A stretch of 54,671 nt of DNA, the filler included, from Dirinaria sp. TL-2023a (Eukaryota), in the NCBI GenBank assembly GCA_051941275.1. It is 4 parts of 4 records of this genome, joined end to end, with 100 filler letters (N's around TTAATTAATTAA, not from the genome) between each part and the next. Parts side by side here need not be neighbours in the genome. Positions count along the whole stretch, not along the records: positions 13,725 to 27,328 come from JAVEBF010000671.1; positions 27,429 to 41,014 come from JAVEBF010000672.1; 2 more parts are not named here. One strand, written 5' to 3'. How positions within the stretch are numbered: position 1 is the stretch's first letter; every line of letters starts with the position of its first letter. The notes under the pieces were generated by a model. That model made no database searches and was not told the origin of the DNA. It saw only the letters and a program-made list of their open reading frames with translations. Shown here piece after piece: positions 21,482 to 34,075 of this stretch. Position numbers and translations under genes: made by a program.

Positions 21482-23636
21482 CTACGTTGCTGAAGGCGTA
21501 CTCGGTGGGCTGGTTGTTGGCGGTGGAGCAGTGCCAGTGCCAACGGAGCCGGAGCCGCCCGTAGGGGCCAGGCCTGCTGTACCATTGCCTTGAAACTTTG
21601 GGAAGGCACCGGATGGATGCGGGATGGAGGCTCCCACAGATGGAGCCGTGGGGCCTGGACCCGTAATCTGTGGCATACCAGTAGCTTTATGACCTAACTC
21701 ATCACTTGCCGGGGTGTGGTGACATGTCTTCCAGATCAGCTTCGAGTAGCTCGTGAGAGGATGGCGGTATAAACCGGCGACTTCTACGCTTAGCCTGTCG
21801 ACGAAACTAAGTCTGTTTTGAATGCCGTTCTTGCACTGTTCATCATCCTCCCTAATTCGGAGTTCGCGAGGCACTAGATCACGAGCGTGCGAGCGATCAT
21901 TGTAGGAATAATCGCGCTTCTTGTTGCCTTCAAAGTTGAGGATAGTGTCAAGCTCAATCGACGGGGTATCAACCACCGCAGCCTGTATGTCGACTAAACT
22001 GTTGAGGATGTTGATTCCGCAGCCGATGGACAACGGGCTTGCCAGCGAAGCATTAATCGCTAGTTGCCCATCCGACATGTCGAAGGTTTTGTCAATCCTT
22101 GGACCCCATCCACTGCCGCCAACTTTGTCAGTTTCGCTTTTGAGGTCGAGATGAGCTTTGGCGTCGTCCCACGTCATTGTGACACCGGTCTTGAGGTTTC
22201 CTGTTGCGCTCAGAGCGAGTTGAAGCTCGATTTTATAATCGACTTGTGGGCCATCAACGAAGACATTGGGGATCGAGAACGGGTCAAGCGGAAGCGCAAA
22301 GACCCCTTTCTTGAAAGGGATGGGGATCCTAGGAGTGTTAAAGTGCTTAGCTTCGAAGCCGAAGATCATAGGGACCGAGAAATCTTCGAGATGGATATCC
22401 AGCGACCCAGCCTGGAACATGTCTTTGCCTTTGGCAGGATGCACTGATACGCTTCCGCTCATTGAAAGCTTTCCTTTCATGGCACAATCCACACAGTAAA
22501 CGGTCATTCCATGTGCCGAGCCTATCTCGAAAGCCTTGCCCCAGGGACTGTTATCCTCCTTGTCTGCCTCGTGGTCCACGTTATCAGAAAAGTCTTTGTG
22601 CACAGCAGCGGTCGGCAGATGACTGACAACTTCTTCGGCGACGCTTGAAGCTTTGTTTACAACATGAGAAGCTGCGGTTTCCACATGTGAAGCTACGTGT
22701 GACGCTCCAGTCTTAATATCTGACACTGCGTGGGACGCTCCGGTTTCGGCTTGTGATATCACATTTCCTGCTCCGGTGGACACAGCTCCAACAGCACTTG
22801 ACACACCATTTTCGGCACTTGACACTATTGGGGCGGCAGCCGTGCTGACTTTTCCAACTGCGGAGCTGATGTCGCCGATAGGATTTAAGTTAAACCGTCT
22901 TTCAATAGCACTTTTGGCAGGCTCCCACAACCGTTCCTTGATTTTAGAACCTTTCGTGCTATGTGGTTCTGGGGCGCGATTATGTCCAAAATTTGCCGTG
23001 TAACTTTCAATGATGGATTCTTCCGTGCCGTCAAGCATTTCCCCCTTTGCCCGCACAGAATGGGTTTTCTCGTCCATGGTGTACTCATCGACATAGAAGA
23101 AAGTACGATGGGCCGATTTACCACATCCATCTGAGTTGTCAATCAAGACGAAGTCTTTCCCGCCCTTTGGCCAATTATTTTGTGCTTGCTTGAACAAAGA
23201 TGGTTGATCAAAAGAAAATGTAATGACGCCGTCTTCGGGACATTCAACATTTTTGACTGAATCGATGTGCTCCAATGGGACCGAAAGATGGCGAAGGTTG
23301 TACAATACACTCATGTGTGTGTTAGCATGGTGATGATCTACGGGGCATTGGTCAGTTCGACGAGTTTATATACGCTAAAATCAACTCACCAGGTTGATGT
23401 GCCCCGGAGAAATGTAGAATTTGCTGATGACTCGGATTAATATGATCCGTATTGGAGTAATCATGATCCGGAGCTTGTGTGGGCCGGAGTTCGAACGCAG
23501 ACTTGGATGGTTTGCCCGTAGCAACCCTGAGGCTCATCGAAGGAGACTTTTGCTGAAGACCAGACCCGCTGGCATGTGTGAGTTGAGGGACTATAGCCAT
23601 CGAGGCTATGCCAATAAGGAAAGGTAGGTACGTCAT
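21482..23636 (-). CDS. Large secreted beta-rich fungal protein of unknown function (~700 aa); exons 23636-23390, 23337-21482
   Basis: Signal peptide MTYLPFLIGIASMAIVPQLTHASG; a phase-1 intron GTGAGT..CTGAC..TAG joins in frame to the 610-aa ORF; motifs VYCVDC and LPLDPFSIPNVFVDGP; Pro/Thr/Gly-rich tail; TATAAA at ~23815-23820. Confidence 0.8.
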
Positions 23637-25802
23637 GTTGTACGAAAGGGTGCGACGCCAGGTCAGCACAATGATCTTGAAGAAATACCAGTAGCGCAGG
23701 AAACAAAAGGAAAAAAAAGAAAAAAAGAACAACAACAAAAAACTTTAGGAAATGGTCTAGTTTGGTAGAAGTAGGTTTTGCGTAATGAGCATCGGGGTCG
23801 AGGTACACACTGGTTTATAAGGCTGCCCACCTGATAGCCAGGATGCAACAGAATACCACACCATACTTAGCATTAGGTTTGTTGGCGTCATCAGGAGGGG
23901 ATGGAAACTTGGGTAAGAGATCAGAATAGCGAAATGTTGGTAATTAGCATCCGCAGCATGCTCCTGTAGAACGCCAAGCATCGATGGCTCAGCACGATGA
24001 AACGAAACAGAAGAATCCTACGAAAGATTCGTGGATGTGTGTAAACGAGGTAATACGAAACAGGAAATATGCGGCGATGTCTGAGCATTGGCATCGCGCG
24101 AGTCACAATTATTCTTGAAGGTAATTTAACTCTGCACAGTCCCTGGAATGTAGACTGGAAAACCAGCCTACCGACGTACAATATTGACGAGGTTAGCCAG
24201 ACACATCTGTCAATTGTGGATAGACAACGTGGTGTCGAGCTCTACGCGTGGCTGAGTCATGCTTTCAATCTTTTCATTAGGATCGAGGACCATAGTAAGT
24301 AATTACTTGCCGAATTACAAGCGAGTGAGGAATCCGTGCTGTGACAAAGTGGTTTAGTAGACAAAGCCTGAGGCAGATGTTACGCTACCGCCTCGATGGT
24401 TGAGAAGATTGCGTAGGCTGTATGAGAATACGACGGATAATTCTCTCATAAAATGAAGGAGGCTCACGCTTCTGTGACATGGAGTAGTAAAGGCCAGATC
24501 GAGGTGATGTTGGAAGCCGCGACAATCAGCCAATTAAAGCGCTTCTCGCCCTGTTGGCGCGGCTCTGCAGCCTGAAAGAGGCAAGTCTGGCTTGGCACTC
24601 TTGGCACCGACATTCCACGAAACTTCAGTTGTTTCTAAGAAGTCCAGCAATACCGACACAGCATGCATAAATGGCGTCGATAATTATTAGATCTGGTATA
24701 AATTCCCTGATATTAATTCGCGCTAAATGACGATCTCCTTGTCTGTCCAACAGATATTGCCATTGATGAAGTCCGAAAGTGCCATATTCGAGGCTACGAA
24801 ACCATGGCTCCTTACACGGGGCGACGAGACATGGAAGGATGAGAGATCGAGCTCTTCTTTGCCTGTATAGCCCAGATGTCGGTCCAATTTCTGCCTTCAG
24901 CTCCTCCATAATTCGCTCCTGCCATTGTGTCGAGCCTTGTCGAAGCCGCCGATCCTACGGCCGCTGCGGACCGTAGCACATGCAACTCATACGTACACGC
25001 CGAGGCGAATTAAGTCTATACTTCAGTCCTAATGAGCAATCTTACTCCGGGGTACGTCATCGGATCTCTTGGCTGTCTCAAATCGAGTGGAAGGCTCGGT
25101 TGGCCCGCCCATCACATCACACCTGGAACCGTTGTTAAGTCCTGCAGATAAGGATCTTGTGCCGCGCAGGTTGTCTCCGCAAATCTGAACAATCAATATG
25201 AAGCTCAGCTTTGTGCTCGCCAAACGCCTGCGCCTGTTATCCCTTTCCCCCTTCTCCACTCCTCTTCGGAGTCCTAGAGCCTCAATTACCACCGAACAAG
25301 CCCAATCATGGGATTGCAGTGATCCTACTGAAGGATCCCTCATATGAAAGAGGTAAAAACCTGCGCCCCGAGCACCTGGCTACATTTAAGGATCCATAAG
25401 GTGATGGCATTGCTGTGTCCTACTGTAAGTATAGTCTGCAAGACAGCAATATGCTAGTCCTTCCATTAGAGAAGTGCTACCTTCGAAAGGTAATCAGCGT
25501 TAATCTGATCCACTCTCTGTTGGAATCAAATGTGCCTGCTGGGAAATCATTTCAAAGATTCTCTAGGGGCCACTAAAATACTGAATTGAACCTTTTAATC
25601 TCATTTGAGATAAAAATTATGTTGGACCACCTTTTAGAGTTACAAAACCACTACTCAACAAAAATGTCAAATTCAATGTCTATCTTCAAGCCAAGCTCTC
25701 CAAACTGATTCTGCGTCCCAAATCCAGAATCATCTGTGCCCAACATATCAAGCCCATCCTATTGTCCTTCGTACCACACCTAGAAAGGACTTTTGGCCCA
25801 GT

Positions 25803-26806
25803 TTGACTGGGCGAGCTTGTGGCGGAGGGCGTTGGTTTCCAAAGATCTTGGATAGGTCGTCAGCTGCGGCATTCCCTCATGCATTAATTGGCATACGAAA
25901 TCCCACGGCCTTCTGGCGCCCTGTTTTCATCCTCCTTCCAATTATGAGGCCTTTCAACTCCCTCACCATTCGACAGTGTTCGTGTCTACCAATTTTCACA
26001 CAATACGAGACCATTTTTCGGTGCTTCTGCATTAAGCGAACCTATTTGTTTCACACAAGAGGCTCACCAACGGATCGGAATTCCTGCACACTTTCATTGG
26101 TGAAGACTGCAGCCACAGTTTTCCTGACACGCAGATTGTCGGACATCTAACAATCCTATCTCAAAAGCTACAACGTCCTTACTAGGAATTCACGACAAGA
26201 CCTTGAGCGCGAATGTTACATCGACAGCCTATGGGATGATGAGCTTGATTAAAGCTGGTTCTCATCAGCCAGCGGACAGATTCCTTCACAAGCCGAGTTT
26301 CTGAGATTACGGTTCAGGATCTATCAGCACTGCGATGATGAGTACGGACTAGTCCATCGAGTATCGACACCGCAGCCTCGTACCCACTTCAGTCAGCCTT
26401 CATACACCTCTTCACTCAAAATTGAGAATAAAGTGGAAGTTCACCAATTGATGGAGAGATACCCACAAGAATGATGGGAGAATCAACCTTCTCTTTCCCT
26501 ATATGTTGATACTTCTTCTCCTCGACGTATTGATAGGTCTGAGACCTCGCCTGGATCACCAGAAGAGACAAAGCCTTGGTGAGTAATTAAATGAGAGCTA
26601 GTGACGTTAGCACCCTACGAGACTCGCAATCATCAGGGCGATGAGATCCGCAATAACATCAGTGGTGATACTGTGTACAAACAAATGCAGAGATTTTACT
26701 ACGACAAATTTCTTTGGCCTTTGTACAAAACTGCAGCTGGCTGCGACCATTAATGCGAACATTATTGTTGGCAGAGAGTATTGGGCATTCGCTAAGTCCA
26801 CAATGC
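25803..26806 (+). pseudogene. Probable decayed protein-coding sequence of unknown family
   Basis: One frame reads as protein-like for ~335 codons with 7 in-frame stops (26148, 26250, 26472, 26580, 26592, 26751, 26793) and ends at an intron-like GTGAGT...CAG. Confidence 0.35.
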
Positions 26807-27328
26807 GTGAGTGTGCTTTCTCCTGTGGTCTCGTGAACTTCTGCTTAAATGTGCAGCTTTCAATAAAGTCAAGCTTCATCTCTATCAGTACCGTCTTCAA
26901 AGCTCCCATCTCCTCTCTTAGTAAAAGATTCTATGCATAAGAATCTCGTGAGATTAAACTTAGCTTTGCACGCTTGCTCAAAAGGCTCTTGGAGACGGAA
27001 CTCTGTGAGAAAGATGATGATTAGTCTTCTTTCGAACCTACTCACCATCCTTAGCCTTCGCTTCCCCTTAATGCACTCCTCTATACTTGGCTTGCAACCC
27101 AATCAGTTTGGATAAATCAGCTTCTCTGCAACTGAGATCCATTCTTCGTTGATATTAAATTAAAATTTTTGAAATGTACTAAATTTTACCAAAGGAACTG
27201 CTCTCGAGGTTTATGCCATCCTATTCCCCCTTTCATCCTCCTTCCCTCTCCACCTTCCCTTCCTCCTCATCTATACACCTCCACTGCCCCCCGTGCCAAA
27301 CCGTCCACGCCACCTCCGATACCTACAC

Positions 27329-27428
27329 NNNNNNNNNNNNNNNNNNNNNNNNNNNNNNNNNNNNNNNNNNNNTTAATTAATTAANNNNNNNNNNNNNNNN
27401 NNNNNNNNNNNNNNNNNNNNNNNNNNNN
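27329..27428. other. Assembly spacer (N-TTAATTAATTAA-N), not biological
   Basis: Same 100-nt structure as the other two spacers. Confidence 0.97.
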
Positions 27429-30294
27429 CCCTTTCCCCCTTCCCCGCTCCTTCCCTTCCTCCTCGCGAAAAGCAGTCATCATCAATTTCCGCTTCTCGCC
27501 CTGCACATCCAGGACCCTCTGCTCGATCGTATTCTGCATCACGAGCCGCCACACGGTGACGGGGCGGTGCTGGCCCAGCCGATGGACGCGGTCGACGGCC
27601 TGGTCTTCGATCGCGGGCGCCCACCAGCTGTCCGCGAGGATGACCTGGTTGGCGGCGACGAGGTTGAGGCCCACGCTGCAGACGGCGAGGGAGGCGAGGA
27701 GGATGGGGCAGTTGTTGTTGTTGCTGTTGTTTTCGTCGGTGGAAGAGAAGGAGGCCATAGCGGCGTCGCGGGCTAGCGGGCGCATGGTGCCGTCGATGCG
27801 CGCGAAAGGGATTTCCTCCGCAACCAGCCGCGCCTGGATTATATCTAGGAAGGAAGTCCATTGGCTGAAGACGACGGTTTTGGTGCTCGCGTCCTTTTTG
27901 AGTGAGGATTGGAGGATCTGCAGCAGCGCTTCGACTTTGCTGCTGCTGCTGCTCTCCGGATCGATGTCTGTTTCCGGTAGCGTTTGCGCGGATTCTCCCA
28001 GCTCGACGGCGGGTTGGACCAGGGAGGTGAGTTCGAGCGGTTCGGCGCGGCACATGGGGCAGCGGTGCTGGGTTTCGATCACGCGCTCGATGCATTCGCT
28101 GCCGAAAGCGTGCGCGCAGGCGGTTATGACCGGGTTGTGCAGCGGCTCGAGGCAGATGGCGCAGTCTTCATGGGAGTCGATCGAGAGCTGCAGCATGTTC
28201 TGCAGCGCTTGCTTATTCTCGGGCGTCAGCTCGACGACTTTCTGCTCGTCCAGCGCCGCGAGGAGAGATGTCACGCGGTCGCCGCAGAGTTTCCAGTGGT
28301 TGCAGACTTGACGGAGACGAAGCAGGATTTCGAGTAGATGGCGGTAGGTTTCTTGGGAACGGCCGTTCGGTCGGTGGGTCGATGCTTCGTACTTTTGCAA
28401 CAGGCTTTGGGCTTCCGCTTCAAGCGCTGCGTATTTCTCGCGTTCGTGCGGGAGAAAATCGATGCTGTGGACATACTCTGACATCTCTGGGAGGCGGAGA
28501 TCGACGAATTTCATTTCCTTCTTCCGGCGGAGGCAGATGGTGCTCATAAGAGCTTGGAGCAGCAGATTCCCTTGCTCCTCGCGGGCATTGAGTGGACGTA
28601 TGAGGACGCTATTAAAGACTTCCATGCGTTCGAGACCGCCTGTGAGATGCATAAACTTAATCAGGGAATAAAGGTCTTTCAAATTGTTCACAATAGGTGT
28701 ACCTAGCTCATGTAAGCGGTTGCTAACTTACAGCATTTGAGTAGCTAATCTCATTGAAGATCGACTCACCGGTAAGAACCCATCTTGACCGCGCTAATAA
28801 AGCAGAAGCCGCCAACGCTGCCTTTGTCTTCGGGTTCCTGATGTGGTGGCCTTCGTCTAATATTACGCGGCGCCATTGTGTAGCAAAAAGTCCTTCTTTA
28901 CGAGGTATTGGAGGAGGTAATTTAGCATCCCGAGGCATATATTCCATCGCGATTTGGGCGTAAGTTGTAATTACCACATCGTAGGAGTGGAAGTCCTCAG
29001 ACTTCATTGATTTTCTTCCAGAACCATGGTAAGTTAACACTCGGAGGGCCGATTCAGGACGGACGTGGCTGGCAATCTGGCCGCTCCAGTTGCTCATGAC
29101 ACCTACGGGGGCGACAATCAAGCTTGGACCTGGTTGGAAGCTTTGATCCTTCGGCTCTGATACCATCAAAGCGATCATTTCAAGAGTTTTACCAAGCCCC
29201 ATATCATCGCTCAATAGGCCACCACTCGCCAAGCCTGGGTTCTCTCTCGTCGAGAAATTCGTTGCAATGTTGGTGAATAAACCCGGCTTTTGCGGTGATC
29301 GTTTCCAGAGCTGCACGACATCAGCAGACCCTTCTTTCGGGAGTTCTGGACTTTCTTTCTCCAGTAGCCAAGCGAGTGCTTGACGCTGGTACGGTAGAAG
29401 CTTCGTCGCCAGCTTGTCTGGGCAGTCAGCCATCGGCATAGCAGCTAACACGTCCTCCCGAGCACCGAATTTCTCAACCACCTCGCCCATTTCCCTAGGA
29501 TTGAATTTCTGACTTTGTGCCATGATATCACCGAGGTCTTGGACCGAAGAGCCATTACTCTGAGAACTTCCATATTCCGTCTGGCTGCTGCCCATGCTCC
29601 GCTGCGAGCTAGCTGGAGTTAGTAGACCACCCTTCTTGGCAGCTTTTAGCCTCTTGAGTTCTTCGGCTTTACGTTTCTTCTCTTCTCTTGCTCGCTGGAT
29701 GATGCCATCCAAGGGCAACCTATCGACGCGCATATGGTCAACAAGCACTGACCGCTCATCAGGATCACTGGTACCATAGAGTCTTAATGCGATTGGGACA
29801 TCGAAATCGCCGGGACGACCCGTGAGAGAACCTTCGACTACAATTTTGCGGTTATCCATGTACCGCGCAAGTTTTGCTGCCATCGTTCTTGGAATGTGAC
29901 CGATCTGGTTTCCTTGCACATTATCGATGCGAATGGCATTGGAATCGTATATATTGCTCGGCTCGCGTCTGATAAGGACAAATTCTCCAACAGTTGCATA
30001 GCCTGTATAGTAACGGATACCCACGACCTTCGTGTTCAGCGTACCGTAGAGCTCAAATGTCTGAGCCGATGTCTCATCGCCGTCTTCTTGAGAGAGCACG
30101 AGTACGTCTTCCGCGCGCTCTTCATCTGTACGTATATTGTTCCAGCTGTCGCGTTGACTCTGGACTGTTCCATCAATATGGATAGGGTCGGCGATTTTTT
30201 GACGCTGTGAGGGAGGGCTTTCATTATCACTGTTGGTGAGATCGGCAATGTTTGCTTTACGCTTGCCGTACGCGTGACGGTAATCCGGCGCCAT
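27429..30294 (-). CDS. HLTF/Rad5-like SNF2 helicase-E3 ligase (HIRAN + SNF2_N + RING + helicase C); exons 30294-28770, 28702-27429; last codons lost in the gap
   Basis: HIRAN TKVVGIRYY..REPSNIYDSNAIRID..IGHIPR; LLPYQRQAL; GGLLSDDMGLGKT; RVILDEGH; LTG|TPIVN; RING CAICLEPLHNPVITACAHAFGSECI..CPMCR; VVFSQWTSFL; QAVDRVHRLGQ. Confidence 0.93.
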
Positions 30295-30612
30295 TGTATG
30301 CGATTTGGCGCTGGCTATTCAACTACTTCAGTTCACTCTGCTTTTTTGACGATAGTATTTTAGGGTGGAACGTTGTGTATACGGAGGAGTTACGCGACGG
30401 CGCAAGACGGACGCGCTACGCGCGGTATCACGTGAATGGCCAAGTCTAGGAAATTAATCCATTGTCTCAACACCTCGGATTTCTGTAGTAATGTTCTGGT
30501 CCAGGCTGAATCGAATATGTACAATTGATTATGATCTATGTACTGGTCATTGACTGACATCGGGCTGCGATATCCTTTCAGATGAGCTCTCACCCAGACA
30601 GGCGGCTGGTAC

Positions 30613-31928
30613 CTAGCGAATGTATACCCGTATCCATTCTTCAAAATAACCTGCAATGCTATCACTGTTCTTCTCCAGCATGCCGAAATGACCGTTCCCA
30701 AGGATGCCGATCGCCTGTAATAGAGTCCATGTGACCTTGACACCGGCTTGTCGCAGGTAGGCGACCAGGCAGTGATCGTAAGTCACATGAATGCTCGCTT
30801 GAGTGGTGAGAAATAATACAGGCACCTTGGCGATGTTCGTCAGCTGTCTTGGCTTCTGTGTAGCTGTATCTGCCTGTAAGAAGCAAGAATAGTTGGACAG
30901 AAGCCCATTTTGCAACTGATCATCCCCAATAGTTGCCCGGGTAAGCTGAGTGGGGTCGGTCACTGGTGGATTGTAAGTAATGGGAACATCTGCAATGCCC
31001 CAGGCCCTAGCGGGTGCCGGTGTTTTGGAACCGAAGACTCCGCCGTCATAATTACCGAAAGGCGTCTGATCGACCTCGAAAGCCACATGAGCCTTGACCA
31101 AGTCTGGACATCCATCTGCAGCGAGAAACACGAGCTGCCCACCGAATGAATGACTGATGAATATCGAGGGGCCGATACGCTCCAAGAGCGCACATGTCGA
31201 AGTTCGTGAAATGTTCTCGGAAACCAGATTCACACTCAGCGGAAGAAAGGTCGAGTAGAATTGGTCGAAAGCAGGATCGCCTCTGGTGCCGTTCTGCCAT
31301 ACATGGTCAGTCCCCATACCTTCCGCGTTGGATCGTCGCCGCTGGGATTAGCTTAAGCGATCAATGCTTACACCGGGCCACTGTGTGTGATATTGCGCTT
31401 GGTAATAATTGTGATATAACTCTGGCGCTGTGAACGCAACTTCGGCCAATTCGACCGTAGCAGTGGCCACTAATGGCTGCGCAACATTGACATCATCTGG
31501 GCTCGATCGACCCACGCTCCATTGGTCTACAACGTAAACTTCATAGCCTTTGTTGAGCATATAGGACGCCCAGCCAGGATTCCCATCAGGTTTGTTCAGC
31601 CATTGCTAAGACAAGATTGTCAGTACAATAATGCGATCAGTGTCCACTAAGATGGCCATGCGCTCGTTCATACCGTGCCGGACACGCCTCCACCGTGGAC
31701 GAATACAACGGGATATTTTTGCCTTTTGCCACCCTTCGGAGTGAGCTGCTCGACGTACAATTGGTTCACCAAGATGGTCCCGTTGGTCGCTGCACTGAAA
31801 GTATACTCGCCTCCAGCATAGAAGATGCTTCTCTGGTAAAAAGCATCTGACGAGTGCTGAGAGGGCCAGGATGGGCATACAGGACCAGCCATCAACCAGG
31901 CGACGATGACGACGACGAACTTCCACAT
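30613..31928 (-). CDS. Secreted alpha/beta-hydrolase (esterase 713-like); exons 31928-31674, 31605-31372, 31293-30613
   Basis: Signal peptide MWKFVVVIVAWLMAG; QLYVEQLTP, PVVFVHGGGVSGT-QWLNKPDG..GWA, VYVVDQWSVGRS, HTQWPG-NGTRGDP, nucleophile SHSFGG, GNGHFGMLEKN. Confidence 0.85.
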
Positions 31929-34075
31929 GATAACCATGGTGGGGAAGCTCGAGTACAGCGTCAACATACATGGATATAGCAGAGTGGGGTTCCTCGGGTT
32001 CTATTTATACTGGCCTCGTCTAAATCTCCATGTGGTGGGTGTACGGTACCTTGTGGTTATGGTTCGTAGACTAAACAATCAACGGCGGCGCATCTCGGGA
32101 AAATCCACTGCCTCGCCTTTCCTTTTTTCCCCGCAATCCTACAGGCGACTGGAGTAGGCGCCTCCAGCTATCGTAGGCTGGAAGCATCATTATTTATAGG
32201 CTGGCGTGCGCTGAATAATTGAGGGCCAACAACACTGATAACGCCCTTTGCATTGGGGGTGTCTGTTCTATCGCAGTGTACGAAATCAAGGATCAGAGAC
32301 GAACAGTAGCACTAGCAGTCCGGCAAGTCTAATGGAAGCCACGGCAAGCCGTTCTGTTCAACCGTTTTTAGATCGTTGCTCCAGACTTTACTTCTTCGGC
32401 TACTTCCTTTTATTTATTCTTTTGGAGTAGTGGTCAAGGAAAGCTACGACCGCGCGTGCTTGATAGTCGAGCGAGATAAGGTACGTTACTGCGTATAAGA
32501 GATCCAGTCATGGTCAGGAGCCAGAACAGCTGCTGTGTAACTCTACAACAACATTCTGCATTCCAGCGGAGAAGCTTGATGCGGCAGTGGCATTTCGGAA
32601 TTGGACTCCCACTTGCCTCCGTCGTCCTTGTGCATAATCTGGCACAGGCGCTTTGGCGCTAAAGTGACAGTGGTGGGCGCCATAGTTATGTCCACACACG
32701 GATGGGAGGGAGGGAGGCTGGGAGTGCCGTGCCGTGTGGTGTGACGGTGTGAGAGGTAGGGGGAGAGTAGTTAGTAGTAGGATAAAGTGTAGGTGAGGTA
32801 CGGGGACCTCGGGGAGTATGAAATTATGGGGTTAACCGGATTGGAGTGATTAATTAAAAAGTCAAGTAACATTGAAGGTCGTAGTGGGTGGATGGTGTGG
32901 GGTCACTATTAAAAGTAAAAAGCACTGGAAAGTCAAAAGGCGGGCGTATGTGCGGCTTGACCGAGGCGACCCGCTTCACACTTGGTCTCAGCTCCACAGC
33001 AGCGTCAGCCCACTACATCACACACACCCTTCGACACACCCCATAGTCGTACTCACAGTCTCACACACACACTCACACTCACCGCAACGGAAGAACCCCT
33101 GAATACCAAGTGCGTGCCTGAGAAGTTGAGGACACTACATACTACCTTACTCCATCATACTTTAGACCCGAATGCATACGTAGGTGGTTGCACAACATAT
33201 CTTATCACGGCTGTGCGCCGGCCCCCCTCCACTCTCCCTCCCCTTCCCATTCAACTCACTCTCACTACATGATGTACTGCCCATCGTCACTCTGCCCCAT
33301 CGGACCACCGACATACCACTCGAGCAACCACCAAGTATCCCAATCAGGATCATGCGTCATGGAAGGATGGAAAATGAATTAGTCGACTCGCCAGTTGGGC
33401 ACGAGGGGCAGTCCTGTACAGTAGTAGTGGTGGAAGCGCAATTATAATCTTCCAGCGCATTATTATTTCTGGGTCACGAGAAGCTTTTTCGCTTCGGTAT
33501 GAGTAGAATAGAGTAGTCTTGCATACCGAGTATGTACCTAAGGTACCTTGTCCTCCTCCCTGACCTTACGGAAAGGTAGTGCAAACTTCCGGCCAATGGG
33601 CGAGTGGTTCAATTGACGATCCAGGAGGCCCCTGTTGCTGTCCTGTACAAATACGTCCGAGCTTCATGCTTTCATCTGTGCCAAGCGGCGTCACAGTCGA
33701 TTCTCTTCCAATCGATCCCTTGCCCTGTTGGGATTCGACATTTCGATTTGCAGCTGTGTCCGCTCGTTTGACTCGTCGCAATACCAATCGCCGACTTGCT
33801 GTCAGGTACCTCGATCATCGTCACCTCCTGCCCGTTCCTCCACGCCTGCTTCATATGCAGTCCCTTCCCCAATGTTGCGGCTTTCGCCGTGCTTTAAGCT
33901 ATCCTGCCCATGCGGTGCCCTCCAAACAATTGGTACAAAATCTCCATCCCTCTCCACTCTCCCTCTCCTTCTTTCCATTTTCCGAGTTTGCTGTTGTGTC
34001 CAAATACCGTCAATCGTTGGTTGCAAACAAATCCGTGATCAAGAGCTTCGCCAGGAACCATCTGCCTAGGACACC

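Noticed and set aside
27556..28311. Long antisense/overlapping ORFs (251 aa here; also 12744-13391, 34583-35203, 36823-37506, 41342-41971, 50986-51537)
   Set aside because: Shadows of GC3-rich or low-complexity real genes on the opposite strand; no independent motifs
33080..33200. CTGAGA-containing segment considered as a fungal TPP riboswitch
   Set aside because: Lacks the downstream conserved ATACC...GAAC.TGAT...TAAT..C.GCG core and is not in a thiamine-gene intron
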